The notes beneath the pieces are model-generated. The model was given only the letters and a program-made list of their open reading frames with translations, searched no databases and was not told the origin of the DNA. Below are positions 24,381 to 37,260 of a stretch of DNA of 64,000 nucleotides, piece after piece. Source of the stretch: Saccostrea cucullata. Taxonomy: Eukaryota. The stretch's first letter is position 1. Each line of letters starts with the position of its first letter. Where the stretch lies: assembly GCF_032062105.1 (NCBI RefSeq), contig NW_026920047.1, forward strand, positions 62,001 to 126,000, written 5' to 3'. The translations under genes and the position numbers were made by a program.

Positions 24381-27300
24381 TCATACTTCAGCTCTCATAA
24401 TCATTTTACTGACTTGAATCAGTATTTGCACATCCTCATTGGTCATAAGCCAAATTAACTTTTTATCACTGTCCAAATCTTAGAGGATTTGTTTATTAAT
24501 TCAGACAAAACATTTCTTTCATCCTTAACATGATTACATGAAAGGAGAAAATGTTTCTCATCTTCAATTGTTTTGATATTGCATCTATCGCAGTGTCTTA
24601 ATTTCTTCTCTAGAAATGCCTATATATCGACCCCTTTCAATTTTAAAGTCTGTGAGCTGATATGCGAAAACGAGTAAAACTTCTCCTCTGCTCAAAATTC
24701 TTAATTAAATTAAGATACTTTTCTTGACCAAAATTTTGTTTAAAAGTGCTATAGCATCTCAGCTTTTTATCAGAGTGTGATTTAAGTTGAGAATTCCACT
24801 CTTGTATATAATATCTAAATAAACAATCTGTATGTTCACGTTTGAATTTGTGCATTTTGACTGAAGTTAAATCACGAATACCCTCGATATTGGTAATAAG
24901 AAAATTAATGGAGCTGTACCAAGAAGGGAGTTTTTTCTCAAACAATGATTTGGATTCACAGTATGCATCTTTTAAAATTGGGAAAGAATGGCCTAGATTT
25001 TCAAGCCTATACCAGTACCTTATCATTGATCTTACAATGTCAAAGTGCAGGGGAAATCTACCTAAATCAGACAATACAGCAAAATTAGTTGCAGTTTTAT
25101 GCACACCTAGTACTGATTTACAAAATTTCAAGTACTGTTTTTCACAGAGTAAGTTGGAGTATATTTTATCAATAGTACAATTGGGTATGCTATTTTTTTT
25201 TTGTAAATGGATTAAAACAACCCCAAACTTCAGATGCATACAATAAAATAGGTTTAATTGTATGGTCAAAAATATGAATGGTGGTTTTAACCTCAGGATT
25301 CAGGGAAATGAAATTTTTCCTGAGTTTAAAAAATGATTTTAATGCTTTTTGATAAAGCTGCTTTTGAGCAAAGGAGAAAGAACCCGAAGAACAAAATGTC
25401 ACACCTAGATATTTGTATTCAGACACACATTCCAGTTCGACATCATCGAGGTAAAATTTTGTTTTGGAGAATCTACCTGCTTTGTTAAAAACAACTATCT
25501 TTGTTTTAGAGGTATTTACACAGAGACACCAATCGTTACAGTATTGCTGTAGAATATTAAGTTCTTGTTGTAAACCTTCCGCTGTGGAGGAGAGTAGAAT
25601 TATGTCATCAGCATACATCAAACATTTAACTGAATTTGAATTTAAATAAACAGGGTCAGTAGCTGAGTTCAGGTAATCTGGAAGATCATTAATAAAAATT
25701 TTAAATAAATTGGGACTGAGATTGTCACCTTGCTTCACTCCCAAAGTTATTGGGAAAAAGTTAGTAATCTTATTATCGACTCTGACACAGGATTTACTTG
25801 ATGTATACATACTTTTCACTACTTCATAAAAATTTGTTCCTACCCCTATTTTGAGGAGTTTAATTTTGATTCCTGTGTGTATAACAGTATCAAAGGCTTT
25901 TTGAAAATCAACAAAGCAGGCATATACTCTACCATCTTTAGTATTACAGTACTTATCAATAATTGTCTTGAGTATATACATATGGTCTGATGTTCTTGCT
26001 TTTCGAGTGAAGCCGATCTGATAATCACTTATTACATGATGTTTTTCTAAAACTTGATCAAGTCGAATGTCTAGTATTTTATTGAATAACTTTCCTATTG
26101 CATTTGTAACTGTAATGCCCCGATAGTTGTTTGGGTCAGAACTATCATTACTTTTATAAATAGGAATAATGTACCCAGAAGACCAAGTTTTTGGATAATA
26201 TCCAAATGTAAGGCAACAGTTGAATATTTTATAGAGACATGGTAGTAAAAAAGTTTGACTACATTTGATCATATGGTTTGAAATATTGTCAAGACCTGGG
26301 GCTTTTCCATTTTTTAATTTTGAGATAGCATTTGAAATTTCTGCTACAGATATATGATTATCAAGTTCACTTAAACATTTACTTTTTTCCAGATTGGTAA
26401 GAATATTATCAAGCTGTGCTAGACGTTGAGCATACTTGGGTTTTGGTTGGTTTAGATTTTGGAAGTGAGAGACCCAGGTGTTTGGATCGATTGCGTCCGA
26501 GCTGTTCGTGTTTTCAGTACCTTGCAGCTTATCAATAAGATTCCAATAAGATTTTGGGTTTTCTTCATGTAGAGTTTCTAACTGTTTTAGCAGAGATTGT
26601 TTATACTGTCTGCATTTGTATTTCCTTGTTTTGGTATATTCTCTATACAGTTTGTAATAGTGATTTCTGACAGCGGGATCTTTGGGGTATTTAGTATATA
26701 TTTTTTCGTAGCTAAATAGATTTCTTCTCATAGAATTCAAGTCTGAATCAAACCATTTTTTATGGTTTTTGTTTGTCTTTTTGCATTTTTTTTTGCATTT
26801 TCTAAGGGACTTATCTGCAGTATTAATAAGGATATTAGATAATTCTAATGTAGCATTATCAATTGTTGAGGGAGAATTAAGATTAGGTCCATTTAAAAGA
26901 TTATGTAATTTTCTTTGAATGTCCTCTGAATTAAGAGCGGCTTCGAAGCAAGCAGAAGAATCATCAGACCAAATGTAGTTAGGAGATACAGGACTTGAAT
27001 TGACATCATTCATATCAGATTTAAGACAAAACCTGGCAGATAGTGACCATTGCAACAAACAGTGGCAATCAGACAAAGTAGGTAAAAATTCTGATACTCT
27101 AAAATACAATATTTGGTTTAGTATTTTTTCTGAAACCAACACGTAGTCAACTGTGCTACATCCATTTGGTGTAAAACATGTATAATTACCAACTGTATCT
27201 GCAAAGGTACGACCATTTGATATTCTCAATTGGTTTGATATACAGAGATCTAATAATTCTTTGCCTCGATTATCTAATTTAGAGTCCATGTTAAGTCGAT

Positions 27301-27898
27301 TAATAATTTGTAAGTCAGCATTGTATCTTGGATCAAGAGGAATAAAATTATCATCATCGTTTTCAATGAAATCAGGTTCTGTAGATACCCTTGCATTGAA
27401 ATCTCCGCAGAGTAGAATATTACCAAGTGATTTGTAATGAGGTATGTCTTTTTCAATACACTCGAGAATATCATAGTCAATACCTTTGGAATAAGATGAA
27501 TTTTCCGGGGGGTTATATAGTACACATATGAATAAATCTTGGTCAAAATTGAAAAATGTTTTCTCTAACTTAATCCACTGAAAATCCGATTTTGTGTTTT
27601 TTAGAATCTTTATATGTGGTTTAAATTCACTTCTACATAGCATGGCTAACCCCCCAAAAGTTCTGTTGTTATGCTTTGATGTAGACCTACAAACAAAATG
27701 ACAGTAGTGATTTCCTATCTTATGGATACATTGATCATGACCTACGTGAGTTTCGGCCAGAAAAACAATACCAAATTTTTCTATCTGTTTGAGAAAAACT
27801 GGATCATTCAGTTTGTTGTATGACTTGCTCAAAAGACCCCCTACATTCAAAAAGCCCATTTTGACTGATGAATAAACAAAAGATGACTTCATAATCAA
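24381..27898 (-). pseudogene. LINE ORF2: APE endonuclease + reverse transcriptase + C-terminal Cys/His domain, frameshifted
   Basis: FLNVGGL, LAETH, GDFNAR, SDHC-like LSDCH (endonuclease); KAPGLD, NYRGIT, FVDFQKAFD, GVKQGDNLSP, YADD, YKYLG (RT); RFRISAHRL-KIERGRY...C..C...EDEKHFLLSC in shifted frames; frameshifts at about 25200, 24645, 24605, 24480. Confidence 0.9.
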
Positions 27899-28162
27899 AA
27901 GTTAAAATAAAAAACAAAAAAGTATATATATATACTAGGCTTCAAGTATTAAACGTTTTATTAGGTATTTATCTGAACACTAAAATCTAATGTAGACATT
28001 GACCTAGCTGCATATTTATATGTTCTCTATATTCAGCAAATAAAGGCACATGAAATTACTATAAATCAATTAAGCATCTCTTATCTGAGAGTGTTGATAT
28101 TAACGAATTAAACTCAGAAGCCAAGTTTTCAAGAACTAGACTACACTACAATGTTTCACATT

Positions 28163-29716
28163 TTACAACACAACATTAATACTTCGTGTAACCCCGACCT
28201 CGACCTCTCCTGTTGTTGTGGCGGAATCTAGATCTGGATCTTTCCCGATTTTGGACAGGAATGTTAAGGAAAGTGTGAATGGTTTTTTGATATTGGCTGC
28301 TAATAGCGATGTTCCTTTAACTGAAAGATGATATTGGTCTTCTGCAAGAAATTCAGGGTTTGGATTGCCGTCTGTAAGCATGTTACCGTGGTCGCAGAAC
28401 AACAACATTGGTACCTCAGACAATCTTTGTTTCAATATTGCATTGGTAATTTGCCCATTGGTATGGTACTCAAGGTTGTCCAGTCTTGGCGTGGCCAGTG
28501 AGAGTATTGTGATAGTGTTTTGCCATTTGGATTTAATTGTTTGGATCAAGCTCTCTAGGACATCAACACAGACCTGTGGCTCCATTTTTGTCAGGTCATT
28601 AGTAAGTGGGTGAAGAACTAATATGTCTGGGTGTAGGTTACAGGTTTGGATAAAGTCCCTGGTTTCTTTCATTGTATATTTTATTATTTTGGTGATCTCC
28701 GCAACCGGGGTAAGTTTGTTTTCATTGATTCCTTTCACGTTAGATGTCCCAATGAGTAAGATGTTAGGTTTCGCTGCTGCTGTGTCATGCTTTGGCTGAA
28801 GATCTCCAACATTGGAGGAGCTCACTGCTTGAGAATAAGACATGGGAGTTTTAAGCTGTTTCTCCATTCTCTCGAGCGTTTCGGTGACATCCATTTTAAA
28901 TTTATTAAGAGATAGACAGACATCTTTAATCTCTTCTAATTCTCTTGCACACTGATATAATTTCTTTAAACAGGCATCATTGTTTTGATTGATAAGGGTG
29001 ACCAAGTAGTTCATGTACTTTCCTTGGCTGGCCTCAAGCTTGCCTATTGCATCAGTCATGGAACTTTCAAATCTGTGTAGGTTTACTAGATGCTCGTTAC
29101 TACGTTTATCGTGGCTCTGTGCTTGAGCTGCCGTTTTTACTAGTGTTATCTCATCATCAGTTTCGACAACTCTCGACTCATTGTTTGATGGCTGATTTTC
29201 TGTTTCCGTGTGTTCTACCGATGAATGTGGAAGTTTCAAGTGAAGAATTTGGCCGAGTACACGTTTCAGGATTGGAAAGTGTTTCTCAACGAATAACATG
29301 TACTTGCTGCCCTGGGCTCTGATGGTTCCAGTTGTAATAAAAAATGTTACATTGTATGCTAGGCTATTATCCTTCTCTCTTATCTCAATCACAATAGAAT
29401 TGGCGCTATCATTGGAATCTTCCCAGATTTCAGGTTCATCATACCATTTAATAATGTAGCTATCGCTTTTCCCCAGGTGACCATAGTAAAAGCTATCGAG
29501 AGTCTTAATCCACGGGTAAATTCTTTGTAAATTGGTGTGGAAAGCGACCATGTTTGCACCCTTTTCGTAAGTTTTCAGATCAACTTCTTCAAATAGCGAG
29601 TTTCTTGCTTTACCCGTTCTCTTGTTGAGCTTTTTTGGTAAGCTGGTCAGGGGATATTCATTAACGATTCTGGTCCACGATGAGTCGATAGGCGGTATAT
29701 CTACAATGTCTGCCAT
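28163..29716 (-). CDS. LINE ORF1 with coiled coil and C-terminal SGNH/GDSL esterase-like domain
   Basis: LLIGTSNV (block I), LHPLTNDL (block III), DQYHLS (block V); upstream of ORF2 in the same orientation. Confidence 0.8.
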   Translation of the reverse strand: MADIVDIPPIDSSWTRIVNEYPLTSLPKKLNKRTGKARNSLFEEVDLKTYEKGANMVAFHTNLQRIYPWIKTLDSFYYGHLGKSDSYIIKWYDEPEIWEDSNDSANSIVIEIREKDNSLAYNVTFFITTGTIRAQGSKYMLFVEKHFPILKRVLGQILHLKLPHSSVEHTETENQPSNNESRVVETDDEITLVKTAAQAQSHDKRSNEHLVNLHRFESSMTDAIGKLEASQGKYMNYLVTLINQNNDACLKKLYQCARELEEIKDVCLSLNKFKMDVTETLERMEKQLKTPMSYSQAVSSSNVGDLQPKHDTAAAKPNILLIGTSNVKGINENKLTPVAEITKIIKYTMKETRDFIQTCNLHPDILVLHPLTNDLTKMEPQVCVDVLESLIQTIKSKWQNTITILSLATPRLDNLEYHTNGQITNAILKQRLSEVPMLLFCDHGNMLTDGNPNPEFLAEDQYHLSVKGTSLLAANIKKPFTLSLTFLSKIGKDPDLDSATTTGEVEVGVTRSINVVL

Positions 29717-30115
29717 TTTGGCGCGAATCAGTGACAGTGCTGTCAGACGATATTTTTAAAATTCTACAATGTACAAATAATTAAACTGCCGATCGAGTAA
29801 AACCTGTAGCACACTTACAAATACAAGTCAAAATTGCAGAAAAGACCACAGATTATACAAGAATATGTAAAGACAAAAAAACTACATATTTAGTTTTGAC
29901 ATTCAGATTATGCAAGCAGTGGCGAATCCAGGAATCATGAAAGGGGGTAGTTTGGAGTCGGGGTAGGCGCCTACAGACACAACAAAAATGATTTATTAAA
30001 TCTTATCTATTTGTTGGACATAAAAGGGGAGGGACGGACCTTTTGCAACTTCTCAGACCTTACCGATGAACGGGAAAACAAAGTAAGTTAGTGTAGAAAA
30101 ATAGCAATGAAAGAT

Positions 30116-30535
30116 CAGAGGCGTAGTCACAAACTTAAAAGTGGGGGGCTCAACTCCAGAAAGTCTTTGACAAGCAAGAAAAAAAATAATAATAATTGAA
30201 AGTTCCCCAAACTGGAAAATCCTATTTCGGGGGGGGGGGGGGGGGGGGGGGGGTAGTGGCCAAGTTACTTTCAATTCCAATTTTTTTTCCACAATTCTTC
30301 GATATAACTATACTAGGGTCAAAAAGTGGGGGGGGGGGGGGCAACTATCCCTTCAATGAACATTTCCTATAGTAAAGGTAATGTTGGGGGAAAATAGCTG
30401 TGATCTTTGTTCTTCATTAAAAAGTGAGGGGGTGGCACAGACATACACTTGCCCCCCAGATCTGAAAGTGGGGGGGGGGGGGCGGGCGGGCTAGTGCCCC
30501 CGCTGCCCCCCCCCCCCCCTGTGACTACGCCTATG
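30116..30535. mobile_element. G-tract-rich MITE with 5-bp TSD (hAT5-like), possibly nested in an older MITE at 29917-30658
   Basis: TIR cagaggcgtagtcac / gtgactacgcctatg; aagat at 30111-30115 and 30536-30540. Confidence 0.75.
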
Positions 30536-31412
30536 AAGATGTTGGATGGAACTTACCCATCCCCTTTCCGAATCAAACCATTGTCTTCTTTTCGCTTAAT
30601 TGTCAATTCTTTTCAGGGAAGTTTACACCCCCCTTTCAAATTCGATTCTACGTCACTGCTCTGTCGCGAAGAAGAGACTGAATATGACTTAATCAACTCG
30701 TATTTAATAATGAGGGATAGAATTTGTATAGGATATATCGTTTATGATAAAATCTGTATATTTAAATCGCCTGTTTTCTTCGCCCTTTCTATCATTTTTG
30801 TTTAATTTTGTGTACTTTTTCTAATATTTTGTGCTAGAAGAAAACGATACTAATATTCACTTTGAACAGAAGAGCTGAATAGTTTTTTTGTGTGTGTTAT
30901 AATAAATGTTATAATGTGTGTTATAATGAATAGAGTTTTACGTCTTCTGCATAACAAAATAAATATCAAAATATTTGTCTGACACTTGCTTTTTAAGCTT
31001 TAAGTGCTACCATAACTAAGTATCGACATGTTCACTTTTCCTTCAATGAAAAAAGGAGTCCTGTTTGGGATAAAAAGTTTTAAAGGGACATAGGCAGCGA
31101 ACAAAAAGATTAAGATTATAAAGCAATAAAACATTAAATCAAACATAATAAGTAATGATTAACAAAGATAAACAGTTGATAATTTATAATCAATGAAACA
31201 CACATTTATTTCATCGTGATTTATTATTTTTTATACAAAGCTACGAGAACAAAAACTATTATGTTCAGATAGAACAATAAAACATTAAATCCATCTTAAC
31301 TTATATATAATAATAAGCATTCATATGAAAAAATAATGACATCATATACAAACAGTGCATCCATAGAAATTATTGCCATGATTTAATGTCATGTAATTTC
31401 TTTGTGATGGTT

Positions 31413-33107
31413 TCACTGCAGATATTTGATTTTCTTCACTTTTCCATTTCTATACTGAGCAACGAACAGATAATCATTTGAATCTATACATAATCCCATG
31501 GGCTCACTCAGACCACAGTTTATGTAACGGACGAAGTGCCCATCCTGGTCTATGACGTGGACACATAGGCTATTATCATCAGCTGTAAGGATGTGACTCT
31601 GACTGTCTGTTATGATTCCTCGTGGATTGAATGGCTCAATCTTTAGACCAGGCGTACGTCCAGTGTACCTGAATCTCATTTTCCCGGCCTGATTGACCAC
31701 CACTACTGCTCCAGCTTTATGGTCAGAAACACAGATATCCAGGTTCCTGTTCTCAGTTATATGTCTGTAATAAAAACCCGTGGAATAGAGAGGTTTACCT
31801 TGATCATCAAACTGAATGGTTTGTTTCTTTGTGAAGCCGGAGTAACGGACAACTTTTGATTGTTTTTCTCGAATATTATACATGATAACCAGCAAATCAA
31901 AAGAGAGCGTTATACAGACACTGTAAGGACCCCATTTCTGTGTTTTTATTATCTCTTCTATTCCTTCATTCTTCACAATATTCACTGAATTATCCATGTG
32001 ATCGGTATAAACTAGATCTCCATTTTTCGTTACTGCTAAGTCATAGAGTTTGTTTCCTGACTTGGTTGTGATTGACTTGAGTAGTGATCCTTGATTGATG
32101 CTGAAGAGTTTCATGGTGTTGTCAGTTCCACTTGTCCAGATTTCTTCATCACCCCGACAGGCTACATTGAGTAGATTTTCATATCCAGTGTGGATGTTGG
32201 TGACAGTCTCTGGTTCATCAAGCAGCTGTTTGACTGGAGGAGAGGATCCAGCTTCTGGTGATTTCTGTGTTGTCCTCATGCTGTAGCCATGTTTTTCTAA
32301 TGTCATGAAACTTGGGGCTAAGACGCCGAAAAGTTTTCTGATCTCTTCTCCTAGGATTTTGCCAGGTGTAAATTTTGGTAACGACGGCAAAATTTTTTGC
32401 GGAAGATTTTTATATTTGTCTATTGTGGTTGTAAGATTAATTGCTAAGAGCTTTGTTATGTCATTAGAATCAACAAAAGCTTCAATCCAACTGATTTCAT
32501 TCTTAATATCAGAAATTGTAACGGTTATTTCATCCAGATGTTTCTGCAAAGTTTTCAACTGTTTGATTTTCAAATCATGAACTTCATCTTGAAGGTTCGT
32601 CACATGTTTCCTTATTTCTCTGTGCAAGACATCTCCCTGTTCTTCTATGGCAGCTGAAAGATCTTCACAATTCTTTTCTATCTGACTTATTCTGTTTTGT
32701 ATGTCAGAGGCAATGTCCATATATGTTGGACATATCGTCTCCTTTAGTTCCATTTGTTTATTCATAATCTTTTCCTTTCTTTCATCAAGAACTTGTAGGA
32801 TTTTTGATAATTTATGGCCTAAATGTTGATCTGAAGCAACGCATGTGGCACACACAAGAATATCACATTGATTACAGTACATTTCACATTGTTCTTTGAC
32901 ATGAGATGCACATCCAGGGTAGAGGGGAGTGGTTTTGCGCAGATTGCTTGTAACAATTTCATGTTTCTTGGACTTATCAGAAATCGTATGTTCTCCCACA
33001 CAGGCCTTACATAGGTTGACAAGACATGTATCGCAGTGCATCTGTACCACAGCGGTCTCACACAGGTCACATCGCATCACATCCTGGGCACTGGTACGGG
33101 GGTCCAT
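31413..33107 (-). CDS. TRIM-like B-box/coiled-coil/NHL-propeller protein, copy C (564 aa)
   Basis: Intact ORF with the same domain order; acceptor tttag at 33123-33124 just upstream of the ATG. Confidence 0.92.
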   Translation of the reverse strand: MDPRTSAQDVMRCDLCETAVVQMHCDTCLVNLCKACVGEHTISDKSKKHEIVTSNLRKTTPLYPGCASHVKEQCEMYCNQCDILVCATCVASDQHLGHKLSKILQVLDERKEKIMNKQMELKETICPTYMDIASDIQNRISQIEKNCEDLSAAIEEQGDVLHREIRKHVTNLQDEVHDLKIKQLKTLQKHLDEITVTISDIKNEISWIEAFVDSNDITKLLAINLTTTIDKYKNLPQKILPSLPKFTPGKILGEEIRKLFGVLAPSFMTLEKHGYSMRTTQKSPEAGSSPPVKQLLDEPETVTNIHTGYENLLNVACRGDEEIWTSGTDNTMKLFSINQGSLLKSITTKSGNKLYDLAVTKNGDLVYTDHMDNSVNIVKNEGIEEIIKTQKWGPYSVCITLSFDLLVIMYNIREKQSKVVRYSGFTKKQTIQFDDQGKPLYSTGFYYRHITENRNLDICVSDHKAGAVVVVNQAGKMRFRYTGRTPGLKIEPFNPRGIITDSQSHILTADDNSLCVHVIDQDGHFVRYINCGLSEPMGLCIDSNDYLFVAQYRNGKVKKIKYLQ

Positions 33108-33394
33108 GATTCAATTTTTTACCTAAAATTGAGGAAATAAATAACATCGTTAGGGCGTTAAATATTCTTATATCACCTTAAAAAATGATTAAATTAAATG
33201 ACTAAAAATTGAAACGGTCTTTTTGTCTGTAACAATGTCTAAGTTGCATTAATACCTCCTGGTATATGTGCAAATTGAACTGATAAATGTAATGAAAAAT
33301 TCAATAATTAAGGGTGTAGATGTTATAAACAAAAAAATTATTTACAGGGTATATGTTATGAACAACCAATTATTCATGTAATTCACAAATGTAA

Positions 33395-34030
33395 TTCACT
33401 TAAATCCCTTCCAGGTTAAGAATCTGATAAGGAAAGTACTAGTCACGATTAAAAAGTACAGTTTCACTTTAACGACGGAAATCATTATGAAGAAATCAGC
33501 TGAGGAATATGAACCAAATCCAACCTCTTTCTAATTTGACATTCCTGTGAAATATTACAAAATCATTATATCCTCTCGAAAGGGAGTTGGAGTGAATAAA
33601 TGATTTAAATTTGTGTGTGCTAGTTTGTGTGTGCTAGTTTGCTCTTTTACTAAACGGAATAGCCGTCATTGGGATCTATGGATATTTGCATTTAAGTTCT
33701 TTGGGATATTAAAAATGATCAAAATTGACGTATGATTTTGAAAAATTTCTTCATTAGGAAGGGAATTATGAGTATAAGTTTGATTACCACTTGTAGAATA
33801 GAATTAAATCCAATTTCTTCTAAAATACAATTTATATAATGAGCCTTACAAATGAAGACAATGTTGTTTCCTGCTTTTTTTTCAGTAGGGACCAGTACGT
33901 ACTGATCATGTAATCTATCTAATTCTTTTTTCACTTCTGGATTATTGAATACAGAAGGATAGATTGTTTTCATTTTGCTCCTCAGTCTTTTAAAACATTA
34001 TTTTAACATGGATCTGATTCATTTAATCCA
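33395..34030 (-). mobile_element. Penelope-like element RT fragment (decayed)
   Basis: Translates to ...LDRLHDQYVLVPTEK-AGNNIVFICKAHY..., resembling the PLE VPADKA-NN motif. Confidence 0.65.
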
Positions 34031-36295
34031 TGAACGATTTGTGAAATGAGCCCTAGGAAATAAACAAAAATGTTTGTATTTTTTATTCAGCTTTACTTTG
34101 ATATTATATTTGAGAATAGCACTCTAAATCTCTAAATTAATTAAGTGATCCGCTAATCGCCATTGCCTTTGCTTATGCGGTATGAAAATTTCAGTTCTAG
34201 TATTTGAAAAAAAAAATGAAACGAGAAATAATGCTATTCATAGTGAATGAAACATGTAGCCACATTAATTTTCCTTGAAAGGTTTCAGAATGTTTATATG
34301 ACCGTTGTTTAGAAGTGCCTTGTTCAGAGAATCAGGAATTTAATTTGTAATATATGCTTTGGTGTAAACTCCCAATTATGTTATTTAATAAATAATCTAA
34401 TTTTTACATAAGAATTTAGAAACGCCTTTTATTAATTTAATTCAGTACAAGTGGCCTATTATATCACTTTTCAGTTTACAAAGTGTGGCTATATATGTAC
34501 ATGTAACCACTAAAATGTGCTTATCATAGACCAATTATGTCACTAAATAAGTTTAATTTGCTGAGAAAATCAAACTGAACTTAATCATTCTACATAAATA
34601 TTTTCCTAAATTTTCCTTCATATTAATCGTAAATAATTTGTTATCTGATTTAAATTGCATTTTTCGCTTATGTATCCAAGACAGAACATCAAAAGAAACA
34701 TACTGGCAATCTAGACATCGATATTTTTTTTTTAACCAAAACAAATTATCTGCACCGATTATTCATCTACACCGATATGTATTTATACTGCAATATGACA
34801 ATTTTAGAGGTATTGGGTAAAGAAATAAACTTTGTCAATAATTCCTAGACCAACCTAGAGGATCAACTTTTTTTGAAATTTCTAAATAAGTGACGTCTTA
34901 CAACTTTCATCAAAAGAAATCTCTAAGGCAGAAATACAAAATATATGGAAAATGTCATAATTTGGCGCTTTTCCAACAAGCTTTCAGAGTGTCTCTCAAC
35001 AAATTTATTTTAAAACAAACTAGAAATCGCAATAAACATTCGATTTTTAAGCCAAGAAATTCCATTCAAGTAGAATTAAGATAGGGACTATAATTTGTGG
35101 CGGAAGGTTTTTTTACATGAAAATGATCAGGGTTTATTTTTCCATTTTGAACTATAACAATACTGTTAATTTTGGATTCCTATTTTTTCCTTCCTGTTTG
35201 CACAAAAAGCTGTTTTTGCAGTTAAATGTGTTATGCTGGTTCTGAAAATATCTATTAAAATATTTATGAATTCTATCAACAAAGTGTGACAAATATAGTA
35301 AATATATTCTGAAAATCCGGGAAATAATTGAACCAATATTAACGTAAAAATTACACTTTTTTAGTGATATCTGAAAATTTACATCATATACATGTACCCC
35401 CGCTTTTGATCTTTTCTAAATATTCAAGATAAATTTGGCTTCTTTGCTTAAAATCAGAAAAAGTTTCAGACTTTAAAATAATTTTCTTGCTTATTAAATT
35501 TTCAGTGCCAGAAAAATCACTTTTTATTAGTGCAGAAAGGTCAAATTATTGATTGTGCGAAGCAATTTAAAACTTTTTCTTAGTCACAATTTTTAAGTGT
35601 CTTTTCTAAACAAACTTAGAGTTCATTCTGTTTCATGCTTTAACTGGATAAAAATATTGGAAAGAAAACGTCAAAAATTTGATTTTTAATTAAGACACAA
35701 ATTTCCGTGCAAAAAGGTCATATTAAATGTACTGTAGGGCCAAAAGAAGCGTATTGACCCCCATTTTTTGATTTGAATTTTAATTATGCTATGTATGTAA
35801 AAACTAAAAATATACTTGGCAAAAAAAGTTTAAGACTTTAAATATCAGGATTGAACGTCGTTAAATACGAGTGAAAGATTTCGAGAGGAACATTAAACAA
35901 TAAAAAATACATTTTAGGGATTTATCAATTATGTCATTTCTATTCAAAATTAATCAAAAATATTATTTTTCTTTATTGTTCCAACTATCTGATTGGCTCA
36001 AACTGGATCAAATGACCAAGTATAAAAAGTTTTACAGACTGAATGTTTCTATTTTAAAAATTCATTAACCTGCTGTTTCTAAAATAAGAAACGTTCTTCT
36101 GTGAAGCAACAATAGTGCTGACGTCACAATAGTCTTTATAAACTGGATATTTCTAAAAACAGATACTGCAGCTGGTTTTCATGATTGTGACGTCATAATG
36201 CAAATGACATAACAATTCCTTGTATGAAAGGGTAATGTACTGAGTATTAGAAAGAAGGATTTTAAGACATTTCTTATTTACTGATAAAAAATAAT

Positions 36296-36436
36296 AAAAC
36301 AATTGTAGCCTTTTGATTCGGTACAATCCCTCGATATATAGACCTTAGAGAAAGCATGTCGACCGAGCACGGTCGATATGCTTTCTCTTAGGTCTATATA
36401 TCGAGGGATTGACCTCAACAAAAGGCTATAATTGTA
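36296..36436. repeat. ~140-bp palindrome, probably part of a non-autonomous element
   Basis: caatccctcgatatatagacct..agagaaagcat.tcgaccg-agca-cggtcga.atgctttctct..aggtctatatatcgagggattg. Confidence 0.8.
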
Positions 36437-36919
36437 TATTATACATAAATCGCATGCATGAAATTTCTTTGTGTTATTTATACACAGATAAAATTCCACA
36501 TCTAAAACATTCTCCATGGCACCTGTTCCAACCTCTGATGTTTTGGAGGTCCGTGTTTGCTCTGCTCCTGTTTTGTATTGTTTTATGGACTTTTGATCTT
36601 GAATACCGTTCGTTATCTCCATATGTTTCACCCATCCTCAATTGTAAAATTTAAAATGCATATTGCTACTAACAATATCATCCAAAGGAAAAAAGCAAAT
36701 TTAGATCAAAAATTATTTCAAAACTACAATAAGTATGAATTCCATTGCGGAAAAATTATTAATGAGTCAAAAAAGGAAATGAAATTCATGCTTTAAAATT
36801 AAACACATTTTAAGTTTTAACTTCCAAGTAACATTATACTCAAATAATTATATTTGAAAAAAAAAATCTTTTTTAAACTGAAAAATGAGCAATAATATAA
36901 ATAATCTTTTAACTATTAC

Positions 36920-37260
36920 CTGATTTTGATGTCTGCGTGTCTATCGTGTTCGTCAAGCTCTCTTTTCTCTTCACATGACCCACAAACCTACATGTATTTT
37001 TAAACTTCCTGGTCTATGAGTGGCTATTTAACATCCGAGTCACAAAGCAGACTTCATCATTTAATTTTTTACAGATTATAATTTATGTACTTATTAGGAA
37101 TGCAAGTATGTGTTTACAAAGTAGCATATTCCGCTTCTGTAATATTTTAATATATAATTATGATATAAATTTCCTTGTACAGAGTTTATTTTGCTTTCTT
37201 TATAATTTAAAGACTCTCATAAAATTTTCCATTTTATGCCATTAGCGAATGTGCTCAGCC
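36920..37260 (-). promoter_or_regulatory. Probable first exon / promoter of gene copy C
   Basis: Donor CAG|GTAAT at 36919; alignable with 48500-48845 upstream of copy D; ETS-like acttcctgg, E-box cacatg, tgtttac motifs. Confidence 0.55.

Larger units (their letters stand above)
23449..29880 (-). mobile_element. Near full-length non-LTR retrotransposon (RTEX/CR1-like LINE)
   Basis: ORF1 + ORF2, about 0.9-kb 3' UTR ending in a stem-loop, aataaa and a (taa)/(ta) tail near 23450-23500; 5' boundary approximate, no TSD identified. Confidence 0.85.
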
